Below, piece by piece: positions 50,850 through 64,000 of a stretch of 64,000 nucleotides of DNA. Position 1 is the first letter of the stretch. Each line of letters begins with the position of its first letter. This stretch comes from Mizuhopecten yessoensis (lineage: Eukaryota), in the NCBI RefSeq assembly GCF_002113885.1, contig NW_018406168.1:3714-67713 (forward strand), given 5' to 3'. The notes under the pieces were generated by a model. That model was given only the letters and a program-made list of their open reading frames with translations, searched no databases and was not told where the DNA came from. The translations under genes and the position numbers were made by a program.

Positions 50850-53800
50850 GTAAGTATATATTATATATTGTTTTATATTAATCACTTTTATTTCAGGTGG
50901 TAATTAATATAGATATATTACCGCTGAGGTGCAAAGCTTCATGGCATTGTAAAATCTATAGGATTTTGTCATTGCTATTCTATGTATAATTTACATAATA
51001 ATTACATGTTCTATAAAAGTGTTCAATAAATAAATAGTATAAAACATTAAAATATGTCGGAATCTGATAAATTGACTAGAGTTTTGTAAACTGCACGTGT
51101 TTACATAAATAAAGGTGAAATTACATTCCCACTAATTAACCATAATGTTTTAACTGATTTAATGATGAATTCATTTCATTCAATCTTGAAGCTGATGACT
51201 GATTAATCGTAGACCGAAATATTTTCTGAAATAAAAAATAAAATCAGTTTAATCACATGCTAATTGCTTTCTCATTAGCAGACCACCTGTGGGATTATAC
51301 AAAGCTCAATCAAATTTGAGTGATTTCGGTGTTTTAGAACCTAAGCAGGTACGGCTTTAATAACGAGACCCCCTCACATCGCAAACTCGATTTACCTGGA
51401 AAAAATTCTCGTCTGTCTTAATTTACGTTTAAGCTATAAAAATTTCGACCAAGTGGAGTGGATATATTAAGGTATAGAAGTGAGTGTATTACACTTTCCT
51501 TCGTAAGCCTCACACAGATAAAGGTATTTAGAAAGTGAACGTTTGGGCAGTTCATTTCTTGGTTACTGTAATTGGTTAACTACATCAATAGATATCTGAA
51601 GACAGAGATCGCCTGGAAGCTTGGACATGGGGCTGAGATTACAAAGGCCTCTGTTATAGGGATTTGTATTATACAGGGAGCCATATCAATTTTTGGTTGA
51701 AGGGAGCTATGTAGAAAAAGGGCTATGATTGCTACATTGAATATCATTATCAACAAGCTAGTTTTTATCTCCAAATGTACAATATACCTTCGATAGGGGA
51801 ACACCGTTAACCTCGAGCAGGGGTAGAGATTCTATCGAGTCACGGAACATTTCTATTGAGACTCAGTTATAAATATAAAGTCTACACGTATAAATCCCAT
51901 CCCTAGTTCCCTATCACTATGTCTAACATTAAATTATTTGTATTCCTTCCGAATTCTCATCATATTATGTATGACAATTAGAATGTATTGGAATAGTCTG
52001 TCATAGGGGAAAGCATGGTCCCCACAGGAGGGGCACTGCCCTGATAGTGGGATCGAGGGAGGAAGATTGGGGGAGAGAGAACAAGCCCCGAGGAGTTTCC
52101 AGTATACCAGACAAACGAGCATCATAAATTAAAGCACCGATCTGTCAAAACACATGTATTTCTTCATTAATGGAATTTTGTGGGTTTCCGTCATTTCCCA
52201 ATTCCTATATATACATGCGTAAATAAGATTGATGCGTCGAAATTTCCCACATGATTTTTTTAAAATTTTGAATGATAGATAGCCTTACGGTGTTGTAGTC
52301 TATATTGATTCAGCTTAAGTCATTCTAGTGTAAAAATTCCGACGTAAATCTGTCTCACTACAATGGTAGAGGCCTACCCCGTCGGCAGTAAAGTCATCGG
52401 GGACAACTTCATAAAACAGGAGGAGAAGGGATCGTTTGAGTCATCCTAGTTGCACCTGATAATATATAGTATATTATACCAACGATACAACGAAACGAGA
52501 CATGAGTAAACAAAAATTGACCCGCTATTGTTGACAAAATTGCGTAACTTCTGTCGCTTGCACTGTGACATATGTGTACATTATCCCTGTCGAAAATTGA
52601 TAAAATTATAATTTGATTTTATATCAAGCACACTCTGTTTAGAACGTAACACCGGTAGCTTTATTGCAGTTATCAGTCGGTGCAAACCACTTATGTCCAT
52701 ACACATTCCATTGTCTGGGTATAAAATTAAAGTTCTCCTCCGATAATCACAAAAACGTTCAAACTAAAAGGTATATTATTGAAGTGCTTTTAAGGTTATA
52801 TCTACACAATCTTATTGTAGTTTCGTATCTCCTTTCCAAAAAGAGTCCCATGCTTGGAAACTAGGAAGTGTCTTTTCCAAATGAAAACTTGTTTAGATAA
52901 AATAAGAAATTAACAACACATCTGAAAGGTAAACAATAATACATGCATCGAGGATTCCAGACAGTTTTAAATGTTTTTGAAACCAGATTCAAGGGAGATA
53001 ACTCTAACACATAAGTACAATTGGTACGGTAGCATATACCCTTAAAGTACAAATTTCTGGGACCAAAATGCAAATTACGTCAAAATGAATGTTTTTAAAT
53101 TTTATAATGTAGTACTGTTCCCAACAAAGGGCGGTAGCTGGTATTGTCTGGGTGATCTAATTTTGTCAGACAGAAGATTTCGCTCTCCATGGAATACCTA
53201 CTCAGGTAGATAAAGTGTAGATAACCAGCACATAAACATTACGATAATATGTTTTATTAATTTATTGTAGATGTTGCTCTCTTCATTTTAAATTTAAATG
53301 AATTTTGACAACACCAGGCTGATGTTAAACCTTGATATCATTTTAGATCAGAAAAGATAAAAAAAGAAAAACCCAACTTTTCACTTTTCTAAGGAGCACC
53401 GACATCATATTCCGCATACAATTGAATATACATATATATCTCAGCCTGTTTGACGGAGATGAATGGAGAAGTAGAAATTTCTATCAAAAACATTTACATC
53501 TATAGAGCATACAGTTTTATAATGATGGAGAAGTGTAATACATTGTAACGGTTACGCTTTGGTACTCTTTATTTATTTTGATCATTAATATACCAGATTC
53601 GTTTTTGATATTAGTCACACCAACATACCTGACATGTTTCTTTATCACACCTGTTTAAATCAGCAGGTTTACTAGTCTCTGTACTTTACTATAGCTATCC
53701 ATAACCAGTTAATACTAAAGTTCAATATCAAAATTTAATTTCACCATTTTTTCGTATAATTTTCATTTTGTATTAACGACAAACTAATACGATTGGCCTA

Positions 53801-56689
53801 TATATTGTTCTTTGTGTACCATATGTAGCCGTACAACATGTACATCAAATATCTCCCCTGAGGAGCATTTGGAAGAGGTGAAAGTATTAGGAAGTCCGAT
53901 CTCTTTTTTAATGTAAAGTTCTACCACCACAACGAATTGTGATGCTATTTTGTTAAAGTAATAGATGTGTGTACATATATGTATATACTTGTATACATAT
54001 ACGAGTGTCACTTTTGGATTTTTTTCCTGTAATACGTACACAGTTCGTCTGGCCATGCATTTTTTAACGGTATACGTGTTCTATGAGTGTTTATAAATAC
54101 AACAGTGTCGGCAGTTGCATTCACACATACATGAGGCTCTGAAATCTAGAATCGGCAGAGAATCTGATCTATCCTGACGTTTAGGATACTGGTAAAGGTG
54201 TAGTGCCCCTTCTCCGTCGTACAGGTTCACGACCCCTCCGCACACATTCTGTTCGTGAGGTCACAATGTCGGATATGTACGATGAATGAAACATACCACA
54301 TGTCTCCAAAAATTAGACTCTTGTCACCTACATGTCTCGGTGTTTACTCTATGGTGAGATGTATATTTGAGTTTTTAAACTTATCATGTTTAGTTTAGTG
54401 TCGCAGAAGAAAATAAGTATCCTGTTAGCTCCGCTTTTATTGTAGTTACGAATAATCTCCAGTCAAGAGTTGTCTAAAGGAAATCTTCAGTGAAGGAATC
54501 ACTTTAAATTAAGGACTTTCCTTACAAAGGGACCGAACACTTCAAAAATACATCAACATATTCATCTACGATTGACAAATAGCTTTGGAGGAGTTATATG
54601 ATCACGTGATAAAAAATATAAATTATCAGTACACGGTCCATTGGTCGGGGAAACATCCGTACCATAATTGTATCTGTTAAAGCTAACTGACTGATCTACC
54701 TCATGATAAATAAATGTATATATGTTAAAATACCCCAAGTGTTAAAAACTACATTGAATAATTCAGATTTTTATCTTCGCCTATTGGTTATGAATAGCCC
54801 TTACACTGACAGAGCTAACGCTCACAGTGGAACTTCCCTGGGGCTAAAACACATAAAGTCTTTTTCGGAATTTTACTTAAATAAGAATTTATCAGATCAT
54901 TTTGTGATAACTCCTCAAAAAGTAATAAAAATCCTATAGCTATCGAAAATATTTTTCTGTTCAGATGAAAATGAAAAGTCTTGGCCGTATTTCATTCAAT
55001 AAATTTATACTTGTATGCATAAATGTATTCACAGATTATTAAAGGAATCCCTATCATGAGCTAGTCACTCAAACCATTGATTTCACACATTAACCAGTTC
55101 GAGTCATAGTTGGTAATTAAATCGTTTTATCTTGTGTGATCCATTTTGTACTCAGTTTAACATTAATCACATGGACAGCCTTGTCCAGAAGCCCTAACCT
55201 AACGACGACGGGCGCCCTAGGGAGGGGGACGGTAGGTGGGGACTGGGGACTATTTTGAGAACACATCACAATATATGTAATTAACTTATTTGAATATTAC
55301 TGAATTATTAATATATCTTAATTTGAGATAAGTACACGATAATTGCTTTAGGGCTTCTTATTATTACTGATTTACCGATATGCGCGTGCAATATCTTATA
55401 TAGCAACTAACTATATAGCTATACATGTGTCTATATATACGTCTACACTCTGGAGACATTTCAAAAACTTATTCTAGTTGACGGTACACACATTCCATGT
55501 GTACCGGCATATTCCATATATAAATAAAATCTTTGATATAAATTGAGTTTAAATACGGTCTTGACTTGGTGTCCAGTCTAGTTACCTAGATAAGATTATG
55601 AAATGATTTATCAACCAGACGTACTCGTATTCGTAGCCAGTGCCCGGAGTCGTGTTCTAACTATAGAACAAAGCACAAAGCGGAGACAGAGAAATCCGGA
55701 CGTGTTTCGGACACACTAATGTGAGTTGTCTTCTGCGCCGCGTCCTGTTACAACCCCATTGTGTGTTTTACTCATCATTGTATTTTGTACCGTTTGATGT
55801 AACATTGCCTGCAGAAGTTAGCTGTCTTCGTCAGAACACATTAATCGCCTCAATGTGACAAACGTCATCAATGCTGTGATATTATAAAAACAGCCGTGGT
55901 AAACGTCATCACTATACCAACACACTTGACGATCAATGTGAGAAAAATGATAAGACTTGAAACTCCATCAAACATGTATAGACGTCTCATTAATATACTC
56001 CGTCATCGGACAAACAATTTGTCAAACATTGACACAAATAGCTCATAATAAGACAAATCATAAACAACTAGCTAACAAAACACCTGCAAGGTGGGTAGTT
56101 TCAAATCTAACGCAGAAGAAATGAAAATAGAGATATCGGTGTCATAAACACGTTATCATCGCATTATGCATGCAAATGTTATTGCTCATAATATAAATGA
56201 ATGTACCCCAATCGATCACTGCAGACATCTGTTGTACTAAACCATAAGGTAACCCATATACGTACCAGGTAGACCCAACATTCCATACGCAGGTGTCATT
56301 AACAAGTATATAATGTAATTGAAAATAAACCCTATATAAATAAACCCAATATAAATATATCTATTTTTTTTCAATTAATTATTATATTAATTTATTTAGG
56401 GAGTACTCGTGACTACATTGATTTTAAAAAATATTTAAAAAAAAAAAGCTGTATAAATGAGCACAGACCAACTGCATATAAGGGAAGAATAACGGAGACG
56501 TACGAGAAGGTGGAGTATTTAACTCGCACTTTTGATCGTTTATCTCTTGTTATTCAAATAAAGTTGTTCTTTATTCATTGATATACTGAGTTATATACAT
56601 GGGCATGTTTTTATTTGTTTTTGTTATTAGACTAGTTCCTATGTATATATCATGTCATTAATTTGTTTGTTTTTCTCTCTTATTTTCAG

Positions 56690-56925
56690 ATCTCTCGCGC
56701 GGATGAATAGCGTGGCAGCAATACAAGTTCCTGAAATGTGTGATTCCTTATTTGGATTAGTGAAACGACAGCAGAAAATATGTAGGAAAAATTTAGAAGT
56801 AATGGACAGCGTAAAACACGGTGCTCATTCGGCTATAGACGAGTGTCAATTTCAGTTCCGTAACCGTCGGTGGAACTGTAGTACTGTTAATGCGAAAAAA
56901 GTTTTTGGAAATGTTCTTAAATTAG
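56690..56925 (+). CDS. Wnt4: Wnt4 coding exon 2
   Basis: Polypyrimidine tract and TTTCAG acceptor. SLARMNSV...CRKNLEVMDSVKHGA..AIDECQFQFRNRRWNCST...VFG; NLEVMDSV is characteristic of Wnt4. GTGAGT donor at 56926, phase 1. Confidence 0.97.
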
Positions 56926-59900
56926 GTGAGTGAAATTTTGGTTTTATGTATTTGATGTCCCAACTTTCAAACATTAATAAAATATATTAATTAAGGTTAT
57001 ATTCTACCTTGCTCTGATTTCCTAAAAAAGTTATACATTCCTTAGTAAATCTTCGATTCATGGGCTTGGACACCATGGATTGTCCATCCAACAATTGTAG
57101 ATAAGTGCATATAAATAAACCCAGGTATATTTAAATGCATCTTTGACACTCTTGGAGAGCACAACCCATTTGTTTCAAAGAGTTTCTAAACATTCAGACA
57201 ACGATAAATATAACTTTTAAGAGAGAAAGCTCTAAAAACAGTAATCTTCAAAAAAGTTCAAATTGTATTTTTCGATTTGACAACCTCTGAGGTAACCATT
57301 TATAGAGGAATATGTTTAGTCCAACATGTTGAACAGAACATAGAATCGAGGGAAAAGACGCTAGAAAACGCTGGGATTGTGGAAGTACTATAACTAGTGA
57401 AGGTCGTACCTCAGAGGTTTCACTGTATTGGGAACACAGGACTATGAAATCATCTCAATATCTAGCAGTTGGCACATACAATTTGAGGGTCGTTGGCATG
57501 CCTTAGCCTATTAAGATGGTTCTTAAAGACTTTTTGGCTATTTTCAATAGTAAATTGGTAGCTAAAAAACCTCATTAGCAAACGCAGTGCTTATACTGTA
57601 TAAATGTGTGTTTAACATATACCTGCATTACTTCTCGTGATACACTTTAAGTTGCATTAGTAGCCGACTTTACAAAATGCCTGTCGTAGATAACAGATGA
57701 AATCGATGGCGGTTGTTTTGGATACGCCTGTTTTAATGTTAAAAGTACACCGCCTTTTAACTGTTTTATAAACTGTTAACGCAGAAACTATAGGTGTTAA
57801 AATAAATGAATACGAACATGCATGTGGAATTTTAACCATACAAACCCTTTTTGATGTCATTAGCCTTAATTTATCTTCTCAAAGTTAGACTTTTCCCCCA
57901 AATTTGATGATAAAAACGCCCCCACGTGACATAAAATGTGTCTTTATTTAGTGTGAGCTGTGACCAGATGACGATACGATGTAAAATCGACCCACCGTCG
58001 TGACGCTATACAGGGCAGACATCGCCTCTCGCACTTTTATACGTACGTGTAAGGTGTAAATCACACACTGAATACCTCCCTCCCCCGAATAAGAATGAAT
58101 GAGATCATTTTAACATTCCTCATTCTCAAATAAGAATCTAGGCAATTCCAACCAAAATAGCCTATTCCATAAACGTGCCTCCAAAATAAGAATTGAGGTA
58201 ATTTCAATGAAGTTGCCCATTTCCATAAAAGTCCCTCCCAAATATGAATTGAGATCATTTCGATATCCTTCATTTTTTCAAAAAATAAATAATAATAATA
58301 ATAATAACAAAGCAGCAAAATAACAATAGCATGCATATACTTCAACGTTCCTTTTTTTTTTTTTTTTATCAACGATCGAAGGTTTAGTTTATTTTTATGA
58401 TCTGTTTTTTTTTTTAAGTTATATTCATCAATCGCGACATTGTTTAACGATGTTTCATTTTAGCGCGTCAAGCTAACCAAACTTAAGACTCGGTATTGAA
58501 CCGTTCTAAATTCACTTTCCGTCACCTTCATGCTAATTCAGCGAGCTTTAGCTATGTATACATATCGGTAAACTCCAGTTTACGGCAAGTAAATATATGT
58601 CACAACGGTGAGAGATCTACCGTATACCCGACACACAGACAGACAGACATTTATATATTATATACTTGATGTTTAAAGTACATACATCCTATGTTTTAAA
58701 TCCTCTACACCTTTCATCCAATCTTCGAAATCAGATCTGGCACGGAAGAAAATGACTGACATTATCAAATAGCGAGAAAAATTCTCGAAATTGCTGATTC
58801 TTATGAGTTTTATATTTCTATACCATAGAGTAAACAGAGGGTATTTTTACTGGACGTGTGAAATCCTACGCTGGCTAAACTCAATCACTGCCCGATCATC
58901 ACGCTTACAAACAGTTAGGGAACAAGTGCGTTATTTATTTAATCATATTGATTTCAAGCTTTCAAACAGGTTATATAACATTCGTGCGACTGTGTTAGTT
59001 TGCTTAGTTTTATAAATGTAAATATGTAAGATAAACGCTATTCGAACGGAATCGGTAGGAATAATAGCGGTAAGTTCATCTTAATGGAACATCGGGTAGG
59101 CTCTTTATTATTTCGTTATTTGTCAAACACCGTTCATACACAGATACTAAATTGTATTTACATACACGGTGTTTGTCAATATGTAAACAAAACAGAAAAA
59201 GTTGAACAAATGTCGCCCGTCAGTAATACAAATTCTGGATTAATGTATGACATGTGTAACCTTTCTTGTGTGGGGCCTGTTGCTGAAGAATCAGGGGCGA
59301 GTCCGTTTGGGCTCTTCTGACACTATTCCGGAGAACACAACTGAACTGAGTTTCTTTTGCTTAACGTGACAATATACAGACGTTTTTTAAGATCTAAATC
59401 TTATGCATTCAGTTTCTAGATCAGTTTTATTTTACTAAATTCGATGCAGCCCTTATTAAGAAGGGCTAGTAATCTATAATAGTCACAACACAGTAGGACA
59501 CCTAGCGGTCACCAGGTGTTGAGGCGGACGTATTCTCAGCTTATTAACTTTGTTGACACTAACATATAACGTTACGAAGGCGAACGGAAAAAAATCTGTC
59601 GTGTTTGTTTGTTTAAATGGATGAGGATAAAGTGATGCTCCAACAGGGATCACTTGCCTCTATATTTCATCAGTTGACACTCGTCAGACACAGTACTTTC
59701 TTCCTCGGGAAATTAGTCGCTCTTTAGTAAACCAAGAACAGTCGGACAATTGGGACACAAAAATATGATTAATACAGCATAATTTAGGAGATCAGATAAA
59801 TTTATTACTTTTATTTATATTTTGACGTAAGAGCTGAAAAAATCTTACTCAGACGGGTCGGTGATAAATAGGTATGAAGCAATGCTGCTGGCTGATAGGT

Positions 59901-61372
59901 AGGAAAGGAGCGCATTACACCGTCCTGCAAACTATCCTTAACAGTGATAATGTGTTAAATAAACAATTAACATTCATCAGTAATAGTGTAGCTTGCCCAT
60001 TCCGTGACGACGGTAGGCTATATGTGTGGGTGGGTTACATATTCACATATATAGAATACTGCTTATGTAAATTCGTTATTTTGAAAGAAAATACCTGCAA
60101 TGAAGGATAAATGACGTGACATGTGCGACAAAAACCTCATCTCGAGTGGGAGAGACAGGTCAGAAATAAAATACTACTTAGCTACAGGTAACCGGAAGTA
60201 TATGCATTAAAAACACTTGGCCTTAGCTGTGATCAGATATAAACATTCCTAATTTGTAACTTTCCTTTAAAAAGATAAAGCTTATTTAAGACCCATCACT
60301 TGCCATGATGAATTTTAACGCTGAAGTGTTTTGTCAAATGTTTCCAGTTATATTTTCTGTATATAAATAACGTTTAGGGTCTCAAATAATTCACGCTTCT
60401 CGCTTTAAGTGTGAATGAAGACGGCTGTTAATTCAGGATTGCTGTTCGCTGATCGGAACTATCGAGAGTTGATACCATCTCGCTAACGTTAAAGTGTATT
60501 ACGTACAAGGAGATAAAGCACAATTGAAAGCACACATTTTGAGAACATTTGAGAAGAGCTAGTAAGTGACCGGGACATTAATCAACCTAAAGATATTCTA
60601 AAGCATGGTTAGATTGAAAAATAACGATTCTTCATTCAATTTGCAAATTTCAGAATTTTGTAGCCGCTTTTTTATTAAGTTTGAAGATTATTTTACGCAA
60701 CTAACTTTTATATCGATTGAATCTACACTTTAAAATTAAAATCCATTGCTTCTAGTATTTTCAAAAACTAATTTTTATCATCAGGGAATGTCTTGACTTC
60801 CGGTTTGTTTGTTTTTGTCTAACACCATAAGAGACAATGCGCACGTGCCGGTGATTTATGAGACCGGTGGCAATGGTAACAACTTCTTGGCGACCTAAGC
60901 CTGATGTCCGTCTCCACGCCTCAATAAGTTTATGATGTTTTTTCATTACCGTTAGGAGTGAAATGGTTTACATTACCGCTAAAGCTATCTCCCTCTTACA
61001 TGTACAAAGATACCCGTAAGTGGTAGCCGCTCTGTCCTATGTGCGATAACAGTCGTGTGGGAAGTCCTCCTACACGATAGTAGATGGCCTGTACTCATAC
61101 ATCAAAATGCAATAATCCATATGGAATTATTTCAAATGATAGAAATTAAATATTACATAGCCAATTTCCAGATTTGAAATATATATATAACATCGACACA
61201 AAACCAAAGTAATGGGTTCTAGGGTACTCTTATTTCAAATCAGTTATGTCTTAAACAAAACTAGTTTGAAATGTTTCAGAATCATGCAAAATAAAAATAA
61301 GAGCATGTGAAATAAAAGTAAAAGAAAATCAAACTAAATGTGTTTTATTTATGTCAACCTTTCTCATTACAG

Positions 61373-61650
61373 GTACCAGAGAAGCGTCATTTGTTCATGC
61401 CATCTCTGCAGCAGGAGTTGCACACGCAGTCACGCGCGCCTGCAGTAGTGGCGCCCTAAGTAGGTGTGGTTGTGACCGATCAGTGACGGGACGGAGTCCC
61501 AAGGGATTCGAGTGGTCTGGTTGTTCAGACAATGTAGCATATGGCACAGCGTTCTCAAAAGAATTCGTTGATGCCCGTGAGAGACGAAGAAATATTAAAA
61601 ATTCTGGAAGAAAACTGATGAATTTACATAACAACGAAGCCGGAAGAAAG
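61373..61650 (+). CDS. Wnt4: Wnt4 coding exon 3
   Basis: TTACAG acceptor, phase 1 (G+GT = Gly). TREASFVHAISAAGVAHAVTRACSSG...CGCDRSV.G.SP.GFEWSGCSDNVAYG..FSKEFVDARER...LMNLHNNEAGRK. GTAGGT donor at 61651. Confidence 0.97.
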
Positions 61651-64000
61651 GTAGGTCATGTTAAATAGTTGCAATATTTGTAAAACCTATTTTTTTGGCA
61701 AATTGTCTTTATATGCGGCACATGTTTACGTCTGCATAAACACCAATATCCATACCGGGAACGAAAATAAGAAATTGAGAATTTCTCTTTTAGATGTCAT
61801 CGTTTATCATTGTACATATCAGCTTTGTCAGGAGTCGTGAAGTTATCTTTTTGTCACATCGAAACACTTTGTAAAGTAACAAATTTAATGAATAATTGAC
61901 AAAACAGTCTGAATGAAATTATTAATAGTGCAACGCATCAGAATTTAAATTTTACAAAATTGACGTTTTTGAGTGACGTTTTGGTTTGCCTTTCTCGCCG
62001 ACATATTGTGTGGCGTATCGTGAACACTCAAGCCGCGCGCCCTCTACCCTCCCCCTGACTTGAAGCCTCGGCGCATAAATATAGACCTGCTTTCCGGCAA
62101 TCATCCAGCGTCGACTTTTAGAGAGATTTAATGGGTATTTTGATGTTAGGGTTACAATGGGATTAAGCTGGATCTATGTCCAACCTTTTATTAACGAGAT
62201 ATGTGGCGAATAATTTATCGCCGATCGCTTGTCGTTATTGGGGTGTGGAGACTCGCGTCTTTATAAGTGTAATGGCCGAGGCTTCTTTCCCAGGATCTTC
62301 AGGACGTGCTACAGGACCCGTAAATCACACGACGATTGTCTGCCCATTTTAGGCCGACAATGCCGGACACTTTCTCCAATCGTCCCTAGGACATTCTCCA
62401 TTGTAGTGTCAATTTAATGTTGGTAGATATTAAAGCCCAAATTATGTAAATATAGGGAATGAATTTTGAAATGAGTGTTGACATCCAATTACTAAAACCA
62501 TCGTTGAAAAAGAAATACGTTTTCATTTTACTGCATTCTGTCCTTCACGCAGAAGACAAGAATGTCATTTTTGAATTTTTAGAATATATATAATTCCTTT
62601 CAACTCCTAGATATAAGATTAGTGTGTAAATGCAATGAGATGTTTCGAAAAAAAGTTCGTTATACTAATCTGTAAGTAAGGTTATTCCGTTTAACAAACT
62701 GAGTATTGAACTAACAAATCTGAAGATGAGTTGTTTCCCATTTCTCAACGTGTGTAAACTATACTAGAAACAATGGCTATCTGAAATGTGGACTTTGGAA
62801 AGCACTCAGGGCTGTATACATAACTGGTTAACCGTCAGTGCGATAAAGCTTAAGTTACCGTCATAGTTTATAAGTTGTCTGACACACGACAGAACCTATT
62901 AATATTACCAATAATTTCAGATCAGAATAAGGATAGTTTGCCCCCAAAACACCCCGAATCATATACTATGAACGTTTTATAGCGTCCATTGGAGACGGCG
63001 TCTGACTCTCGCATACTTACGTAAACCCCGCGAATGTAGACACTGTAATCGAATAAAATGGTCTAAAATAACATCAATAATGGCACATTGTTTTTAAGGG
63101 GCTGTTCCCTTCCGTATTGGCGGTAAATGAACACATTTTTATCTTCCGGGCCGGTAGTTTTCTATCAATATAAGCAGAGGGCGGACCGCCACTCTCTGGT
63201 CTACAGAATGTAGTACACGTGTTCATCAAAACGTTAATCTTTGTAGCATTTGTTGTCGCTAAATAAAAACAAGATATTGCAAAACATTTTCCCGAATTAA
63301 TTACAATACATACAATGAATATTGATAATGCATAATGGTATTTCCCCAGATACTAACGCTAGCTAAATCTGGTTCTGCTAAAGTTTATGGCGACCGATTT
63401 TCTGGAGTGCACGTTCAATAGCGTGTTCTCGAAGATTTGTACTCACAAAATGATGAAAAATATGTATATAACGCCTACTTGATTCCATTACACCGTCTTT
63501 TTTTTAGGGAAGTCTTAATTTGCAACCCATTTAATACGCTGTATGAATTAAAACTCCCGAAATATTTCAAAATGTGATCCACTTGTATCCGCAATAAATA
63601 CTATCCCGCGAAAATTGACGAATATGCAGTATTTTGTAAACTGGCTGGCCCCCTGTGAGCATGTGTGGTATAATAAGATCTTTATTAGGCTATAAGTGAC
63701 GGGAAGGGGGCATACCTTTGTATCCTTAATGTCCGTATATCAATAGAAATGTAGGTCCATGCTGAACATCTCAATACCAGCCGAAACACCTGGCTAGCGT
63801 ATATACAGGTAGAAAAGTCACACCGTAAATATCTCCATCTTTTACCTGCTGATCCGTGTCTACTTGGAGGCATAGTGGGGATATTCTCTCGTCAACAAAG
63901 TCAAAATATTCCATTAAAATCCCCCATACCTGTAATTTACGTGGTTTTTCACCTGTTTCATTTTAAATCGCACCTCGTTCATATACTTAAGTACACGGCA

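Noticed and set aside
51130-51165. Hammerhead ribozyme core (CTGATGA...CGAAA), also considered at about 41328
   Set aside because: No convincing stem II or stems I/III could be drawn.
58075-58280. Degenerate local repeat (CCTCC...AATAAGAAT.GAG)
   Set aside because: Only about 3 poorly matching copies; too weak to define a unit.
61395-61634. 79-aa minus-strand ORF
   Set aside because: Antisense shadow of Wnt4 exon 3.
61651-64000. Final Wnt4 exon
   Set aside because: No CKCHGVSGSC-like coding sequence seen. The ORF at 62229-62417 does not resemble Wnt.

Overview
AT-rich animal genomic DNA with spliceosomal introns, probably lophotrochozoan and perhaps molluscan (inferred from the Wnt4 sequence, the FAMeT/PAN gene and the repeat types). 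The right third holds the first three coding exons of an intact Wnt4 gene (50764-50849, 56690-56925, 61373-61650, all splice phases compatible) and a GC-box/CCAAT promoter. No final exon was found in the window. The left half holds a frameshifted, probably pseudogenised gene with a Methyltransf_FA (FAMeT-like) domain spliced to a PAN/Apple domain. A 5'-truncated CR1-group LINE with an open RT frame sits antisense in that gene's last intron, right at the splice acceptor. The rest is repeat-rich: decayed Tx1/L1, CR1/L2 and RNase H-bearing (I-group) LINEs; tandem arrays of 56, 79, 67/134 and 29 bp, two of which switch orientation; two non-autonomous DNA transposons with TAGTCCG-type ends and perfect 9-bp TSDs; and a tRNA-derived repeat organised like a miniature LTR retrotransposon (Helenus-like TRIM). 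No prokaryotic systems or CRISPR arrays are present, and most short ORFs in the track are spurious. All calls were made by eye, without database searches.
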